A DNA stretch of 64,000 nucleotides from Mustelus asterias (taxonomy: Eukaryota). The notes below the pieces were generated by a model. The model saw only the letters and a list, made by a program, of their open reading frames with translations, did not search any database and was not told the origin of the DNA. Below, one piece after another: positions 1-11,879 of the stretch. The stretch spans positions 90,086,001 to 90,150,000 of the forward strand of contig NC_135802.1 in NCBI RefSeq assembly GCF_964213995.1, given 5' to 3'. Within the stretch, counting starts at the first letter, position 1; the number at the start of each line of letters is the position of its first letter. The translations under genes were made by a program, and so were the position numbers.

Positions 1-29
1 CAGTGGGCAATTGGGATTCCCACTAGTGG

Positions 30-488
30 TGAACAGGATCATTGAAACCCCCCATAAGGTCTCGAATAGCTTGACAGAGTGGATGTTAGGAGGATGGACA
101 AGATTATCACTAGGGGATGCAGTTTAAAAACAAGAGGTCTCCCATTTCAAATGGAGATGAGATGTATTTGCTCTCAGAAGGCCGTGAGCCTGTGGAAATC
201 ACTTCCTCATAGACAGTGGAGGCTGGGTCATTGAATATACCAAAGGCTGAGTTTGACAGATTTTTGATTGACAAGAGAGAACAAAGAACAATACAGCACA
301 GGAAACAGGCCCTTCGGCCCTCCAAGCCTGCGCCGCTCATATGCCCACTAGAGTCAAGTGTTATGGGGGGGCAGGCAGGAAATTGGAGTTGAGGCCACAT
401 TGAGCCATTATCTTATCAATGGTGGATCAGGCTCAAGGACTGAATGACTTTCTCCTGTTCCTAATTCGTATGTTTGTATGTTCGTATA
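30..488 (+). mobile_element. Degraded CR1 LINE 3' end, with a short opposite-strand CR1 tail inserted at about 280-349
   Basis: Resembles the 3' ends of other CR1 copies in the window. The insert is the reverse complement of the tail type at 8720-8793. Confidence 0.75.
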
Positions 489-734
489 TCTATTGTCCTC
501 ACAACTGATCTCTGACTCCTTGGCTACTGACATACTATGTTGATTGAGTTTCACCCATTTACATACCTTTGTGATCAAATGAGGTTCTTCTCACACTAGT
601 TCATGGAATTCCACTCCGAAGCCAAGAAGTCTGCTCCTTTGTGAGCGGATCTCTGTAAATATTTGGATAATGGCAGCCATTAATCTACAGGAAAGGTTTG
701 TTACAGTTTAATGCTTTCTCAATGAAATATCCCA

Positions 735-921
735 AAACAAAAACAGAAAATGCTAGAGAATCTCTGCAAATCTGACAGCATCTGTGGAGAGAGAATAGAG
801 CCAACATTTCAAGTCAACTTTGGTTCTACTCTCTCTCCACAGTTGCTCTCAGCCCTGCTGAGATTTTCCAGCATTTTCCGTTTTTGTTTCAGATTCCAGA
901 ATTCACAGTATTTTGCTTTTA
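735..921. mobile_element. Fold-back (palindromic) terminal repeat of PLE family B
   Basis: Imperfect inverted arms of about 75 bp centred near 812; same sequence family as 19747-19865 and the ends of 26215-26950. Confidence 0.75.
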
Positions 922-1439
922 TCGAAATGTCCCAAAAGGTGATTTTAATTTTAACGTCTTGTCCAGACATGCAGACTAGCTTCCAACACCTGTGTAGTTC
1001 CATATATATTAATAGAATTGATCCCTCAAATCCATTTGCTTTCAAAAATAGGATGTCCATTCTCCACTTTGTTTTAAGGGAAAATGTTCATTTCAAATAA
1101 ATCAATGAGTCTGTATCACCTGAGCGTAACGTAAGTTAATATGTGTATTCTTGTTCTCATGTTACAGTAACGCTTCCACCTGCAATGTATGATCTACAGT
1201 GCATTTGTTGATGCAAATTGCATTTATTTGTTTTTTTTTAGAAAATGGCTCATTGTGGAACAAGCCAAAGAGAGAGAGAGATGACCAGACACTGTTGACC
1301 AGCTGAAACTGCCCTCTGCCAGGAAGCCATTATCAATTAAAAGAGTTGCATCTATCTGTATTTCAAATTAAAATCCTGAATTAAATCTCTCATTGCTCTC
1401 AAACAAGTCACTTAATCTGTAATAGCTCCACTAGGGAAA

Positions 1440-1638
1440 GGCAGTAGCATGGTGGTGTCTGTCACTGGACTGGTAATCTAGAGATCCAGTGCAAAATCTG
1501 GGGTCTTGGGTTCAAATCCCACCATGGCAGATAGTGAAATTGGAATTCAATAAAAATCTGAATTGAAATTCTAATTGCAGATTGTTGTAAAAATCCAACT
1601 GGTTCAATGATGCCCACGTCCTGAAAATGAATTTTAAA
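1440..1638 (+). mobile_element. tRNA-derived SINE, internally deleted
   Basis: A-box-like start and B box GGTTCAAATCCC; related to the minus-strand copy at 5250-5590. Confidence 0.7.
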
Positions 1639-1699
1639 GAGGTCTCATTTGTTAACTATTAATCACTATATAAAAAGAGGGAAATTACCACAAATGTAT

Positions 1700-1875
1700 A
1701 GAAATCCATAGAATAGAATCCTTACAGTGCCCAAGGAGGCCATTGTGTCTGCACCGACTCTCCGAAAGAGCATCTTACCCAGGCCCACCCGTAACCCTAA
1801 ACATTTATCATAATCCACCGAACCTACACATCTTTGGACTGTGGGAGGAAACCAAAGCACCCGGAGAAATCTCCA
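1700..1875 (-). mobile_element. HE1-type (V-SINE) 3' fragment
   Basis: Reverse complement of the central and tail portion of the complete copies. Confidence 0.8.
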
Positions 1876-2592
1876 TTATATCTTACTACTTCACAACTAT
1901 TCTTATTAGTTTGACTTCTCTTTGTGCCACAGTCATTTATTCAGGGTCCAAACCATTTACTCCAAAGTGGTGCTACCTTTATTTCAGGAGATTGTGAAGT
2001 TTGTGGCAGGGACAGTTCTGATGGAGCCTTCATGGACTGTGGAGGCAATCAATTCATAAATGCTAACATTCTTCAAAGATCTACAGGTGATATGCTGTTT
2101 GCATATCTAATTCCTACCAGGCCAGACCAGAAACCCCCCCCCCCTAGATCAATTGTTCATTTTTAAATTGTGACAGGGGAATTTTTGGTAGCTAAAGTTA
2201 TTAAGGGATATGAGCAGAGGCAACTAGATGGGATAGAAATTAATAGTACACCCATCCTCATCCCAAGTGAGATGGGAGGATGGGGGGGTGGGGGGGAAGC
2301 AAAGTCTTCTGGAATGCCTATTTAGGCTTCTGGCAAGGGACGGGGGTGGGGTGGGGGGGGGTGCATGGGGAGCAGTGCCTCCATTACTGGCCCTATTTCC
2401 ATATCATTTCCATCCCTCCGTTGTCTGTCCCCCCTCCTCAGGTGGAACCTGCTAGAAAATAGGTATCTCTCCAGAGTTGTTACCAATTCATAAGCCTGTT
2501 GTTAGCTGACTGATTTTGAAGAGGAGTTTACATCTATGAGGAATATTGTTTAAATTGGAATTAATAGAGTTAGGCTAGCAGTTAAGAATTAT

Positions 2593-2712
2593 GGGCAGAA
2601 TTATACGGCCCCATTCGACCCGAGACAGGAAAATCCCACCCAGGTCAATTGTCCCATTGTCTGCCCCCCACTGCTCCAATTCCCATGGTGAGCATGGCGG
2701 TAGAATTCCAGC
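2593..2712. mobile_element. Short MITE with GGGCnGAATT-like terminal inverted repeats
   Basis: Similar to 4661-5123, 26087-26201 and 57249-57376. Confidence 0.6.
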
Positions 2713-2827
2713 TTGTCATGTTTAAATATTTCAACTGGTAAAAGTTTTGCTAATTCCTTTTGTTATAGTTAACCAGTATTGTTAAATAAAATTTGTTTTG
2801 ATAAAAGCTTCCTCATGGGTCAATAGA

Positions 2828-3473
2828 TCCACCACTCGACAATCACCAGGCAGGAGTGTTCCCTTCCTGTCGTGGAACACTTCTGATGTGGAGATGCCGG
2901 CGTTGGACTGGGGTAAACACAGTAAGAAGTTTGACAACATCAGGTTAAAGTCCAACAGGTTTATTTGGTAGCAAAAGCCACACAAGCTTGAAGTTTCCAC
3001 AAGTGGAACACTTCAGCAGTCACGGGCATTCAGTTCCGATCTTCGGGTAAGCATTCTCCAAGGTGGCCTTCAAGACACACGACGAGAATCGCCGAGCAGA
3101 AACTGAGAGCCCGGTTCCGCACACGAGGACGGCCTCAACCGGGATCTTGGGTTCATGTCACATTACATGTAACCCTGCCATTTGGCCTGAGCTTGCAAAA
3201 TCTTACTAACTGTCCTGGCTTGAGACAATTCACACCTCTTTAACCTGTGATTATCCCTCTCTCCTCTCTCCGCTCGCATTGTCTGTACCTGTAAAGACTT
3301 GATTACCTGTAAAGACTCACATTCCAACCATTATCTTGCAATTGAGTCTTTGTCTATATTTGCCCTGTTTGTGAACCCAACTCTCCACTCACCTGAGGAA
3401 GGAGCAGCGCTCCGAAAGCTCGTGATACCAAATTAACCTATTGGACTTTAACCTGGTGTTGTGAGACTTCTTA
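2828..3473 (+). mobile_element. Penelope-like element (family A) 3' fragment: GIY-YIG endonuclease C-terminus, pLTR, and an internal inverted pLTR piece
   Basis: Frameshifted HFSSHGHS..LRVSILQGG..EQKL..F..GLNRDLGFMSHYM; 13-bp TSD ATGGGTCAATAGA at 2815-2827 and 3474-3486. Confidence 0.85.
3389..3425 (+). ncRNA. Minimal type I hammerhead ribozyme motif in PLE pLTR
   Basis: TCAC-CTGAGGA-A-GGAGC-AGC-GCTCC-GAAA-GC-TC-GTGA: both core boxes, 5-bp stem II, 4-bp stem I, palindromic AGCT in place of stem III. Confidence 0.8.
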
Positions 3474-3604
3474 ATGGGTCAATAGAATCACACCTGGAGT
3501 GAAACACCTTATGCCCACACTAATGATAAAATGATAAAATCAAAAATAGTTGGGGTCTAGGCTAACTTCACAGTGTATCTTGGAGTTTCTTAACTGGTCC
3601 CTAA

Positions 3605-4450
3605 TGAGATGGACGTATAAGATCCCAGGCCACTATTTCAAAGAAGGACAGGGGAATTATCCCCAATATCCTGACCAATATTTATTCTTCAATCAACATC
3701 ACAAAAACAGATTGTCTGGTCATTATCACATTGCTGTTTACTGAACCTGGCTGTGTGCAAATTGGCTGACAGATTTCCAACATGTAGGATAAGGGTGTTC
3801 AGCAGAGCAGGGTTAATGTGGGACTGGAGAACAGTACCACCCACAGTATAATGGAGGGAGTCACATGATAGTTGATTATGTGTGTAGTTGAGTCTGGAAG
3901 GAGCCAACATGGAGACAGCATCCAGACATGGCAGAACCTTGGATACATGTATAGTTACGGGTTACTCAGGGTGGCATGGTGGCAAAGTGGTTAGCACCAC
4001 TGTTTCACAGCGCCAGGGACCCAGGTTCGATTCTGGCCTCAGGTCACTGCGTGGAGTTTGCATGTTCTCCCCATGTCTGCATAGGTTTCCCCCGGGTGCT
4101 CCGGTTTCCTCCCACACTCCAAAGATGCGTGGGTTAGGTTGACTGGCCATGATAAACTGCCCCTTAGTGTCAGGGGAACTAGGAGGGTAAATATGTGGGG
4201 TTACGGGGATAGGACCTGGGTGGAATTGTTGTTGGCGCAGGCTCGATGGGCCAAATGGCCTCATTCTGTATTGTAGATTCTATGATTTTATAAACAGTTC
4301 ATGTTTAACCACACAAGACTTCTACCAATCAACCTTTATAACACTATGTTGCTCCAGTAACTACACTTCAAAAGCATGTTATTGACAGTAAAGCACTTTG
4401 GGATATCCAGTGGTCATGAAAAATGCTACACAATAGCAAAACTTTCTTTA
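3605..4450 (+). mobile_element. Deu-domain SINE (SacSINE1/AmnSINE1-like) split by a putative solo LTR (about 3783-4342) that itself holds an HE1 SINE
   Basis: Deu-like core at 3605-3783 resumes at about 4350-4450. The intervening segment runs TGT...ACA; its LTR identity is tentative. Confidence 0.6.
3969..4287 (+). mobile_element. HE1-type tRNA-derived V-SINE, full length
   Basis: tRNA head with A and B boxes, V-SINE central domain, CR1-like tail. Confidence 0.9.
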
Positions 4451-4711
4451 CAAAGATTGTCTGTCTGCACAGTGCTGGCTTGGAAGTACACTTGTTTCAA
4501 ATACTTCTGTTCTCTTAGAATTCAGCAGGGTTGCTGCAAACGCCAAAAATATTGATCTTTGACAATTGTAATGTCACCACAAATCATTCAGGTGATGTAT
4601 CTGAGGCACAGACTGCCAGGTAAGAATCACAAAAATGTACACTCCTAATTGAAACTCCAAGAGCGGGATTTTATAGCCTTGCTTGAGCGAGACCAGAAAT
4701 TCCCACCTTAA

Positions 4712-5046
4712 GGACGGCACGGTAGCACAGTGGTTAGCACTGCTGCTTCACAGCTCTAGGGACCTGGGTTCGATTCCCGGCTTGGGTCACTGTCTGTGTG
4801 GAGTTTGCACGTTCTCCTCGTGTCTGCGTGGGTTTCCTCCGGGTGCTCCGGTTTCCTCCCACAGTCCAAAAATGTGCGGGTTAGGTTGATTGGCCAGGCT
4901 AAAATTGCTCTTAGTGTCCTGAGATGCGTAGGTTAGAGGGATTAGTGGGTAAATATATGGGAGTAGGGCCTGGGTGGGATTGTGGTTGGTGCAGACTCGA
5001 TGGGCTGAATGGCCTCTTTCTGTGTTGTAGGGTTTCTATGATTGTA
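4712..5046 (+). mobile_element. HE1-type SINE, full length, inserted in a MITE (4661-5123)
   Basis: Complete head, core and tail; TAAG duplication at 4709-4712 and 5047-5050. Confidence 0.92.
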
Positions 5047-5249
5047 TAAGTCAATGAACATATCCGTTGTCCGCTCCTTGTCTGCTCCAATTCCGTGGCA
5101 GGCGGGGTGATAGAATTCCGGCATATGACTCCTCCAGAAAGTACTTGAAGTTCAGCATGGAGGAAAATCCATTTGCAATTCAAGATCCTTTAATTTGACT
5201 TAATTAACACACCTACCATCTACAAAATGCCCACACGTAGGGCCACATT

Positions 5250-5590
5250 TTAAAAAATTCATTCATGGGATCTGGGCATCACTGGCTGAGCCAGCATTTA
5301 TTGCCCGTTCCTAAATGGCCTTAAACTGAGGCATTTTTAAAAAGTCAACCACATTGCTGTGGGTCTAGAGTCACACAGAGGCCAGACCAGGTAAGCACAG
5401 CAGATTTCCTTTCCTAAGGAAGTGAAGCAGATGAATTTTTATGGCAATTATTTCACAGTCATCAATAGGCCTTTTTCTCATTCCAGATTCAAATTTTAAT
5501 CATTGCCATGGTGGGATCTGAACCCAGATCCCCAGAGCACTACCCTTGGTCATTACCCCAGTGACAATACCACTGTGTTACCATCTCCTT
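5250..5590 (-). mobile_element. tRNA-derived SINE with a tail shared with the LINE end at 22410-22690
   Basis: Tail segment ATTCATGGGA...CCAGCATTT...CCTAA matches 22418-22480. Confidence 0.75.
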
Positions 5591-5705
5591 CTACTTTCAA
5601 GTGCACAAGGCAACAGTATAGTGGATTTTCTCGTTACTGACTTCTCTCATAAGTTAAGAAAGGTTCCAAAGATTGCCACATTTAGATCTTTGTCTAATAA
5701 AAGTT

Positions 5706-5858
5706 CAGTAAGAGTTTTAACATCACCAGGTTAAAGTCCAACAGGTTTATTTGGTAGCAAATGCCATTTGCTACCAAATAAACCTGTTGGACTTTAACCT
5801 GGTGTTGTTAAAACTCTTACTGTGTTTACCCCAGTCCAACGCTGGCATCTCCACATCA
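5706..5858. mobile_element. Miniature fold-back PLE family A insertion
   Basis: Arms of about 58 bp with one mismatch (5706-5822) plus a tail of about 36 bp; TSD TAATAAAAGTTCAG at 5695-5708 and 5859-5872. Confidence 0.9.
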
Positions 5859-6014
5859 TAATAAAAGTTCAGGCAGCTTTAGACAATTCTGGATATAATC
5901 TTACTATTATTAAACTGGCATTCTTTCAACTTCCAGGAGAAGGTAGGAGTAAAACAACAGACCCTGGCTTGAAAGGCAGTCACCTAATGTTTCTGTAATA
6001 CTTGAGAATCTTTG

Positions 6015-7000
6015 GGCTGAATTTTAATGGAACCAATCCGTTCACAGTGCAGCCAAGAGCAGGGGTGAGCACACAGGGCAAGGGCAGGGGCTTGTAGCAG
6101 GTTGGGAACCCAGCCATTGCAATGCTGTGACGTTTAATTCAGCTTTGGCTTTAGTGTCCCAGCTCCAAGTTTCCCAATCAATTACAGAATGTGGGTGGGA
6201 TGTCAATGGAAGCTTTTTTATTTAAAGGGAATGGGCAGTGGTCAGAATGACTGCATCATATATTGGATCTGAAAGCTGCAGGAAGAAAAAGATTCCGATG
6301 AGAGGTGTGAAGGCTGCCAGCAGTTCTTCTCTGGGTATCCTGTGGTGGTAATCCTGGAGAACATGAGGACCCAAATAGATGTGTTGTTTCCCAGGGGCAA
6401 AAACGAAACAGTTAACTCATCAGAGGTGGCCGACTGTTCTCTGATCTCTCCAGCTATCTGCTTGCTGTTTGACATGACCCTGAGCTGCAAGAGAGAACAG
6501 ATACACCGGAAGGTTATAGGCTTCCCATGGTGTATTTCCAACTATTCCTACTGTTGAACTCCATGTGGTAGCTTGTTTCTGCAGATTCACCCTCGTGCTC
6601 CTTCACTGACTCTCTTGGGTTGACAGTGCTGCTTCGTCATCAGCAATGGATTGGTCATCCTGTCTGTCCTGTTAGTTCCAAGGTCTCCTCCTCCATGGGG
6701 TCAGGATATGGCAGCCCTCTGCCTGTCTTGGCCCTTTATGAACTGCCTGCTACTAAAAGCATAAAAATGAACACTGTTGTTAGTTTGCCCAGAGAGAGAT
6801 GCCCAGTGGTCCATGATGGGGGCACACAAATGCCTCCTGCATGTGGACACTCTGGAGGCACCTTGTGAGGGTCACAAATAACAGATGGATGTCTCCCACT
6901 GAGATGCACTCATGCCTCTGACAGCAGATGCTACTGCATAATCCTATTGCCACCACCTGGTTGGTCATTCCTCTGCACCAATTGCATCTTCTCACCTAGG
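6015..7000. mobile_element. Harbinger-type remnant (Myb/SANT-like fragments)
   Basis: TIR-like start GGGCTGAATTTT; VVILENMRTQIDVLFPRG resembles the other Myb/SANT fossils in the window. Confidence 0.4.
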
Positions 7001-7089
7001 CAGACTAAATGAGATAATTGAGCCTTTGCGGTACTGAATCAAGGTACAGCGGTCTCCGCACATCTGCTCCATCCATACCTGCTTGGTCA

Positions 7090-8793
7090 GGGGAGATCCT
7101 AAATGAATGTCCCTCTTCACAAAGGAGAGGGACTTGTTGACTGGGGAGTGTCTCACAGGGAGGTGTTGACCCGTTAGAGAGAATCTCCATTACAAGGGAG
7201 GAAGTGTTAGGTTTTTTAGGGAACATTAAAACTGACAAATCCCCAGGGTCTGATGGCATCTATCCTAGACTGCTCAGGGAGACAAGAAATGTAATTGTTG
7301 GGCCTCTGATGGAAATCTTTGTCTCTTCATTGGACACAGGTGAGGTCCCTGAGGATTGGGGGAGGATACCGAATGTGGTACCGTTATTTAAGAAGGGTAG
7401 CAGGGATAACCCGGATAATTATAGGCCAGTGAGCTTGACGTCCGCGGTAGGGAAGTTGTTGGAGAGGATTCTTAGAGACAGGATGTATGCGCATTTAGAA
7501 CAGAACAATCTCATTAGTGACAGACAGCATAGTTTTGTAAGAGGGAGGTCGTGCCTTACAAATTTGGTGGAGTTTTTTGAGGAAGTGACAAAAACGGTTG
7601 ACGAAGGAAGGGCCGTGGATGTCATCTATATGGATTTCAGTAAGGCATTTGACAAAGTCCCTCATGGCAGGTTGGTTAAGAAGGTTAAGGCTCATGGGAT
7701 ACAAGGAGAGGTGGCTAGATGGGTAGAAAACTGGCTTGGCCACAGGAGACAGAGGGTAGTGGTCGAAGGGTCTTTTTCCGACTGGAGGTCTGTGACCAGT
7801 GGTGTTCCGTAGGGCTCTGTACTGGGACCTCTGCTATTTGTGATATATATAAATGATTTGGAAGAAGGTGTAACTGGTGATATCAGCAAGTTTGCAGATG
7901 ACACGAAGATGGCTGGACTTGCGGATAGCGATGAACATTGTCGGACAATACAGCAGGATATAGATAGGCTGGAAAATTGGGCGGAGAAATGGCAGATGGA
8001 ATTTAATCCAGATAAATGCAAAGTGATGCATTTTGGAAGAACTAATGTAGTGGGGGGTTATACAATAAATGGCAGAGCCATCAGGAGTATAGAAACACAG
8101 AGGGACCTAGGTGTGCAAGTCCACAAATCCTTGAAGGTGGCAGCACAGGTGGAGAAGGTGGTGAAGAAGGCATATGGTATGCTTGCCTTTATAGGACGGG
8201 TTATAGTGTATAAAAGCTGGAGTCTGATGTTGCAGCTGTATGGAATGCTGGTTAGGTCATATTTGGAGTACTACACCCAGTTCTGGTCGCCGCACTACCA
8301 GAAGGACGTGGAGGCTTTAGAGGGAGTGCAGAGAAGGTTTACCAGGATGTTGCCTGGTATGGAGGGTCTTAGCTATGAGGAGAGATTGGGTAAACTGGGC
8401 TTGTTCTCCCTGGAAAGACGGAGAATGAGGGGAGACCTAATAGAGGTGTACAAAATTATGAAGGGTCTAGATAGGGTGAACAGTGGGAAGCTTTTTCCCA
8501 GGTCGGAGGTGACGATCACGAGGGGTCACGGGCTCAAGGTGAGAGGGGTGAGGTATAACTCAGATATCAGAGGGACGTTTTTTACACAGAGAGTGGTGGG
8601 GGCCTGGAATGCGCTGCCAAGTAGGGTGGTGGAGGCAGACACACTGGCATCATTTAAGACTTACCTGGATAGTCACATGAGCAGTCTGGGAATGGAGGGA
8701 TACAAACGAATGGTCTAATTGGACCAATGAGCGGCACAAGCTTGGAGGGCCAAAGGGCCTGTTTCCTGTGCTGTACTGTTCTTTGTTCTTTGT
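7090..8793 (+). mobile_element. CR1 LINE, 5'-truncated, near-intact RT
   Basis: ORFs 7204-7812 and 7840-8718 are in one frame, separated by a single TAG in the GVPQGS motif; FADD motif; TTCTTTG tandem tail. Confidence 0.96.
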
Positions 8794-8849
8794 TAATTGT
8801 CAGGTCTGCTCCTCCTACCCCAGGGAGGAGGACTTCCTGCCTTCAGCCA

Positions 8850-9095
8850 CAAGAACAAAAGAGAGAGAAGCAGGAATCGACCATATGGCATTTCAAGCCT
8901 GCGCCATCATTTGATATGACCATGGCTGATCCAACTCCACTTGCCCGCATGCTCCCCAAATCCCTTGACTCCCTGGCAGACCAAAAGTCTATTTATCTTA
9001 GCCTTAAATAGATTTAATGATGGAGCATTCACAATCCTTTGGATTAGAGAATTCTAAAGATTCACAACCCTTTGAGTAAAGAAATCGTTCCTATA
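8850..9095 (-). mobile_element. Old CR1 3' fragment
   Basis: Reverse-complement similarity to CR1 3' ends. Confidence 0.7.
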
Positions 9096-10004
9096 TTGTG
9101 ATGAAAACAGACTTTCTTTCTGTCTCAAAGGCATTGGATTTGGACTCTTTATGGACATGAATTAAATACAAGGTTTTCATGAGCTTCACAAAGTGATATT
9201 TTTGGAGAAAAATGCAATGCTAGATCTAAGCTGTTAATCGTTTCAGGCCAGAACCATTGCATTCAATCACAGACATTATTGTCATTGTCAAAAATTGGCT
9301 GGCCTTGTAATTTTGATAAGGGAACCATCATTCTTTGTACAAAGCTCTTTTGTTTGAACATGCCTGCAGAGCTTGTCCAAGTCATGTTGGCACACATCAA
9401 AGAATCAGGCCCAACATGGGGGCTATGGTTTTGATTAACACTTGCTGCTGAGACTTTTGAGAATGAAATAGGGTCACTAAATGATGAACAGCTAAGTGGT
9501 TGGGGTCTTCACTGAAGATATCATATCGGGTTTCATGTGCTTAATTCAACAGTCTGCAGTCGGTTTTCAGCTTTTCAGTCAGCAGTTCTGTGTTTCAAGT
9601 TAGTGCCAGCACAGCAGGAAAGCAAGGTCAATTTCAAACTTCACAGAATAGGCAGTGGGCTCTGTTTAAGATATTATATAGAAAGAATGAGTGAGGCTTT
9701 CACTATTTTATCTTATCTTGGAGGGTAGTGAAGTGTGAAACTCGCTGCTTTCTACTGTGTACAGTTTATTTACCTGTGTAATAAAAATAAACCATCTGTG
9801 TGGTTCAAAGGCTGAGTCTTGGGCTGATAGAATGCACATTCAGTTTACCTTTTGAAGAGTAGAGAATCACATACCATACATGAGACATTGCAATAGCTAG
9901 TTCTGTGTTTCAATCAATCGGCTTTGCTATTTTCTTCTTGAGATATTGGACAGAAAAGAAACCCAATCTTCCCGTGGAGGCAGAGGGCATGAGAGAGACA
10001 CTAA

Positions 10005-11282
10005 ATTAATTTTGCAACTGTCTTCACTAGGAAAGAGGGCATTGCCAATGAAGCAGTAAAGGCAGAGGCAGTAGTGCTATTGGATAAGGTAAGAAGATAT
10101 AAAGAGAAAGTAATTAAAAGGTTGGCAGTCCTCAAAATAGAAACGTCGCCTGCTCCAGGTAGATGTATCCCAGGCGACTGAGCTTTGGAATTATCGAGGC
10201 TCTGGCCACAATCTTCCAATCCTTGGATATGTGTGGTGCCAGAGGACTGGATAATTTAAAATGTTACAACACTGCTTAAAAAAGGATAGCCATGATGTGG
10301 AGATGCCGGCATTGGACTGGAGTGGGCACAGTGGAGAGGATCTCCAAGAAGATCGCGCATATCGATGACTTCTTACTGTATCCACTCCAGTCTAACGCCG
10401 GCAGCTCCACATCACGGCTACCACCGACACCACAAACCACCGGCTCAAAGTGGAGAGGATCTCCAAGAAGATCACGCATATCAACACAGACATCAAGTTT
10501 CTACAGCCTTCTTACTAAAAAGGGATAGAGAGGTAAATTGGGCAACAACAGGCCATGGGCAACAACAGGCCAGTCAGCTTGAGATTGTTGGTGGGTTTAA
10601 TAAGATAGTAATAAATTAAAGTCAGCACAGATTTGTTAACACTAAAATAAAAGCAAAACACTGCAGGTGGTGGAGATCTGAAATAAAACCATAAAATGCT
10701 GGAAAAACTCTGCAGGTCGGGCAGCAGCTGGGGAGAAAGAAACAGGGTTAAGGATTTGAGTGACTGTTCCAAAGAAGGGAATCCAAGAATAAAGAGAAGC
10801 AATATGAACTAACTAGTACAATAAGGGGAGCAAGAACAAAGAGACCTGGGGTTATATGTTCACAACATCTCTTTGAAGGTGGCAAGACGAGTTGAAAAGG
10901 CTGCCTCAACAGTATATGGAATCCTTGGCTTTCTTAATAAATAAGAAGAAGAACCTGTTTCCAATGACAGAAAGGTCAGTAAACAGAAGTTGCAGTTATT
11001 TGTAATGTCCATCCCTGATTGCCCTTGAGTGAGCTGCACTCCACCTGGTGGAGGTATACTCAGTGCTGTTAGGAAGGCAGCACTTTTATGACAGTTAATG
11101 TGGAACGATCAATAATTTCAAAAGGAAATGAGGTAGGGTGGCACTTGGAAGGAAATAAACTTGCAGGGCTACGAGGATTGTGTGGGAGTGTTGGGCTGAC
11201 TGGATTGCTCCAAAGGGAGCTGGCATGGACTTGAAATGCCAAAATACCTCCTTCTGTGCTGTAAAAGATTAACTGATTCTAA
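10005..11282 (+). mobile_element. Fragmented old CR1 with nested PLE family A (10290-10515) and family B (about 10645-10760) pieces
   Basis: Degenerate CR1 ORF2 segments and tail flank the inserts. Confidence 0.65.
10290..10515. mobile_element. Rearranged PLE family A insertion including the putative ORF start
   Basis: Inverted tail, direct tail, then (T)ATTDTTNHRLKVERISKKITHINTDIKFLQ; 13-bp TSD with one mismatch at 10277-10289 and 10516-10528. Confidence 0.8.
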
Positions 11283-11879
11283 TGTGGCTCTGTCGACAGA
11301 AATCTGCATTTGTCTCCTTGCCATTCTCCTTCCATTTTGGTCTGCAGCCTGACTGCCATCCTGACTGTCCCACTCGCATACTGAAAGCCATATTCAAATT
11401 ACAGAAGTTATCAAGACAGCCTCAATATTGCTAAGACATCCATATTTAGGCACTTTTCTGTAAGTTGACTGGTCACGCCATTTAATCTTGTGTTTCTTCA
11501 GAGGTTTTGCTCAATTTAAAATGCATAAATATCTAAATCAGAAAGGATACAAATACTTTTTTAAAACTTTTCCTCACTGACTGCTTAAATAGCTCTATAT
11601 TAAAAGGCTGTGTTCAAACATTACTTCAACAACCTTTTACATTTTTGCAAGGTTGGAATTTGATGTTAATTGGAAACATATGTCTAAAGTGCATAGCACT
11701 TCTTTTTGATAACACAAGAATATGTTAGCTATTAAACTTCAGCAGCATGTTTCGTTCATCATTCCTCTCTTGACTTTTCAATTTCTTTAAACAATGCACT
11801 ATCTGGGGTTCAGCAGACATATGTTTTATTCCTTCATTTTGGGAAGCACCACTGCACCATTATCTTTGCAAATGAATTC

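Noticed and set aside
3969-4045. tRNA-like A/B boxes
   Set aside because: These are SINE heads continuing into V-SINE core and LINE tail, not tRNA genes.
9097-10000. Possible solo LTR
   Set aside because: TG start and AATAAA present, but no definable end, TSD or second copy.
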